The translations under genes were made by a program, and so were the position numbers. 64,000 nt of DNA from Styela clava (taxonomy: Eukaryota), in NCBI RefSeq assembly GCF_964204865.1, contig NC_135263.1, positions 8,556,001-8,620,000 of the forward strand, read 5' to 3'. Of this stretch, positions 62,047 through 64,000 are shown in pieces. The notes beneath the pieces were generated by a model, which worked only from the letters and a program-made list of their open reading frames with translations, was not told the origin of the DNA and did not search any database. The first letter of the stretch is position 1. Each line of letters opens with the position of its first letter.

Positions 62047-62606
62047 GGTTTATAAATTTGTAAATACTACATACATAAGCTGAAAATTTGAAAAGTTCAC
62101 CCATATTTTGGACACGAAATGAACATATGGGTAGTTTTCACAGAGATATATAAATAGAGTGCGCTTCTCTCTCGTTTCCGCGGGATCATTTGAACGCTCT
62201 CTCGTTTTGACGATATGCTTCCAACTTTTCGTAGTCGCGTAATGCATTTCTTATGGGATTTGACCTTGACAGAAATCAAATATTTGCGTCACATATTCTC
62301 CTGATCATGACTCGTTTCTCATTATATATCAAACGCTAATATATCCCAGACCAACATACGGTGCTAATTTTGGCAGTTTTATAAATTTGCTCAATTTGTG
62401 GTTAATAATCAACGTATCAGTCTAAAGCGAACAAAAACGACAACAGAACATTAGCCAAGATGGCTTTTCGGAATCGCTTCCCCGTTCACACGTATTTGGC
62501 CATGTTTTATCGCCTCAAGTATTTTGCGTGGCGATCTCAATATCATTGCGTGGCCTGGTTCCGTAGTACCCGAGCTATGAATAAATATAAATAAAACTGA
62601 AGGGCG

Positions 62607-62802
62607 CTCTAGAAGTGTGTGTATCAATATGGAGGTAACTAATATAGTTCGCCCACTTTACATTAAGGTGTGTAAAAGGACCGAAGTCATATTCACTTGG
62701 CTAACACACACAGTACCCGATATCGTAATAGAACGAAAATAAGGAAAATCGGAATAAAGGTATAACCCCAAGTCCCCAACCTGGTACACAGACTACGGGA
62801 GC
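62607..62802. mobile_element. Small TIR element related to the 13709 hairpin MITE
   Basis: GCTCTAGAAGTGTGTGTATCA ... TGGTACACAGACTACGGGAGC imperfect inverted ends. Shares AACCTGGTACACA with 13709-13812. Confidence 0.5.
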
Positions 62803-64000
62803 TGCGCTTCGCACTTTACCCAAGACTTGGGTGAAAGTTTCCCTGTGGAGAATATTGCATTTTTATGATATCACGCAAAAATAATTGTTTCCACCTATAT
62901 CTATTGTGTAATCGCCTGAACAATCAAATTTTTTCAAGAACGAGATCCACATCGGGCTCTAAATTTCCAACTCGAATATAATTGTATTTTAATACCCACA
63001 CAGTGTCGCATATACATCCATATGCGGCGCAATAGACGAAATACGGGCCAAAACCATATGCAACACGAAGAAACTCTGGAAGAATAAATGCCAAGATGGC
63101 GGCGATCAAATGATCGGCGAGACAACGCAAAACGAGAGAGAAGATCGTTTCATGTACTCCAGTTCAATGGTCGTTTTGCGTTTATTACTTATCGATCTTA
63201 AGATCGGTAAGTATGTTGATAGGTATTTGTCTGTTAGACACTTTCGTAGGCCTATGTTACGCGATATCTCACGAAAGTGATGTTGAATCTCCTCCAAATT
63301 CTGCATGTGCATTCATCATATCGAGTTATTAATTAATTAGTGATGGGACACACAGTGTCGCTGTGGAGTAAGAGCGGATGAGTCGAAACCGCAGTTTCTG
63401 TTTTGGGGGATCCCCTAACTTTCGATCGATAAGTCTTCGGTCTCTGACCGATATTCTCGTTTTGTTCTTGTTGATATTTTTTTAATGTTGTTATGAAAGA
63501 ATCGCTTTTCTCATTCACCAATGGACCAATTGCCTTGAAATTTCCAATGGTCAAAGATTGTATTTTTCGCTAGTAGGCTATTACTTTTATTTATTCCGGA
63601 AATTATTCTCATTCATCGTTGTTCATTTAATATTTTATATTTCTTTCAATTATTGAATAATCCACATTGTGGAACCATAAAAAAAGATACCGGTAGGTAC
63701 GGTACGAAAAGTACTTTGTTTTGGACTTCGTGTTCGTACATTTGAGCATCGCTCTCTTGTTCCTATTAACATTGGCGCATAAACAATTCACATCACAGAC
63801 GTTTCTATTAATGCGGCTTCTGATATTATTTGCAAAGTTTGGAAAAGCACGTTCGATCGCAAATTATGTAGCTAGTTTCGAGTGGTTCCCAGCTACCTTC
63901 CCATGCTATCTGGCCCTTTCCGATGACCTTATAGAACAGAATTTTCCTTGCACACTTGGCGAAGTGGGGCTGACGGAAACCCCATCTACATGGAAAATCA

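Noticed and set aside
63106-64000. Short ORFs at 63106-63312 and 63333-63554 (minus), and an open frame from 63811 to the window end
   Set aside because: No recognisable domain or consistent splice model. They could be TE remnants or part of a gene outside the window.

Overview
AT-rich (roughly one-third GC by eye), compact, intron-containing animal genomic DNA. Gene content, small introns and splice acceptors just before start codons suggest an invertebrate chordate such as an ascidian (inference). I traced spliced gene models by hand. In order they are a probable TOP1 5' end (-), METTL3 (+), LSM8 (-), TBRG1 (+, intronless), CEP89 (-, 18 coding exons, with an antisense CYP2-clan pseudogene nested in an intron), PGAM (+, intronless), AMPK alpha/PRKAA (-), DPM1 (-), PSME3IP1/FAM192A (-, intronless) and ZC4H2 (-). 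The first seven genes alternate strictly head-to-head and tail-to-tail. The region ~44.5-58.5 kb is a transposon block: several hAT elements with 8-bp TSDs, a nearly intact hAT transposase split by a solo LTR, long-TIR MITEs without clear TSDs, and a solo LTR. A tRNA-derived SINE family occurs elsewhere in the window. The most interesting signals are a candidate trans-spliced two-gene operon (PSME3IP1-DPM1), clustered TA-CCGG-TA/TA-CGG-TA motifs that look like transposon excision footprints, MITE families that recur at gene 5' ends, and antisense 3' overlap of METTL3 and LSM8. I found no CRISPR array or prokaryotic system, and nothing I can call a proven new system.
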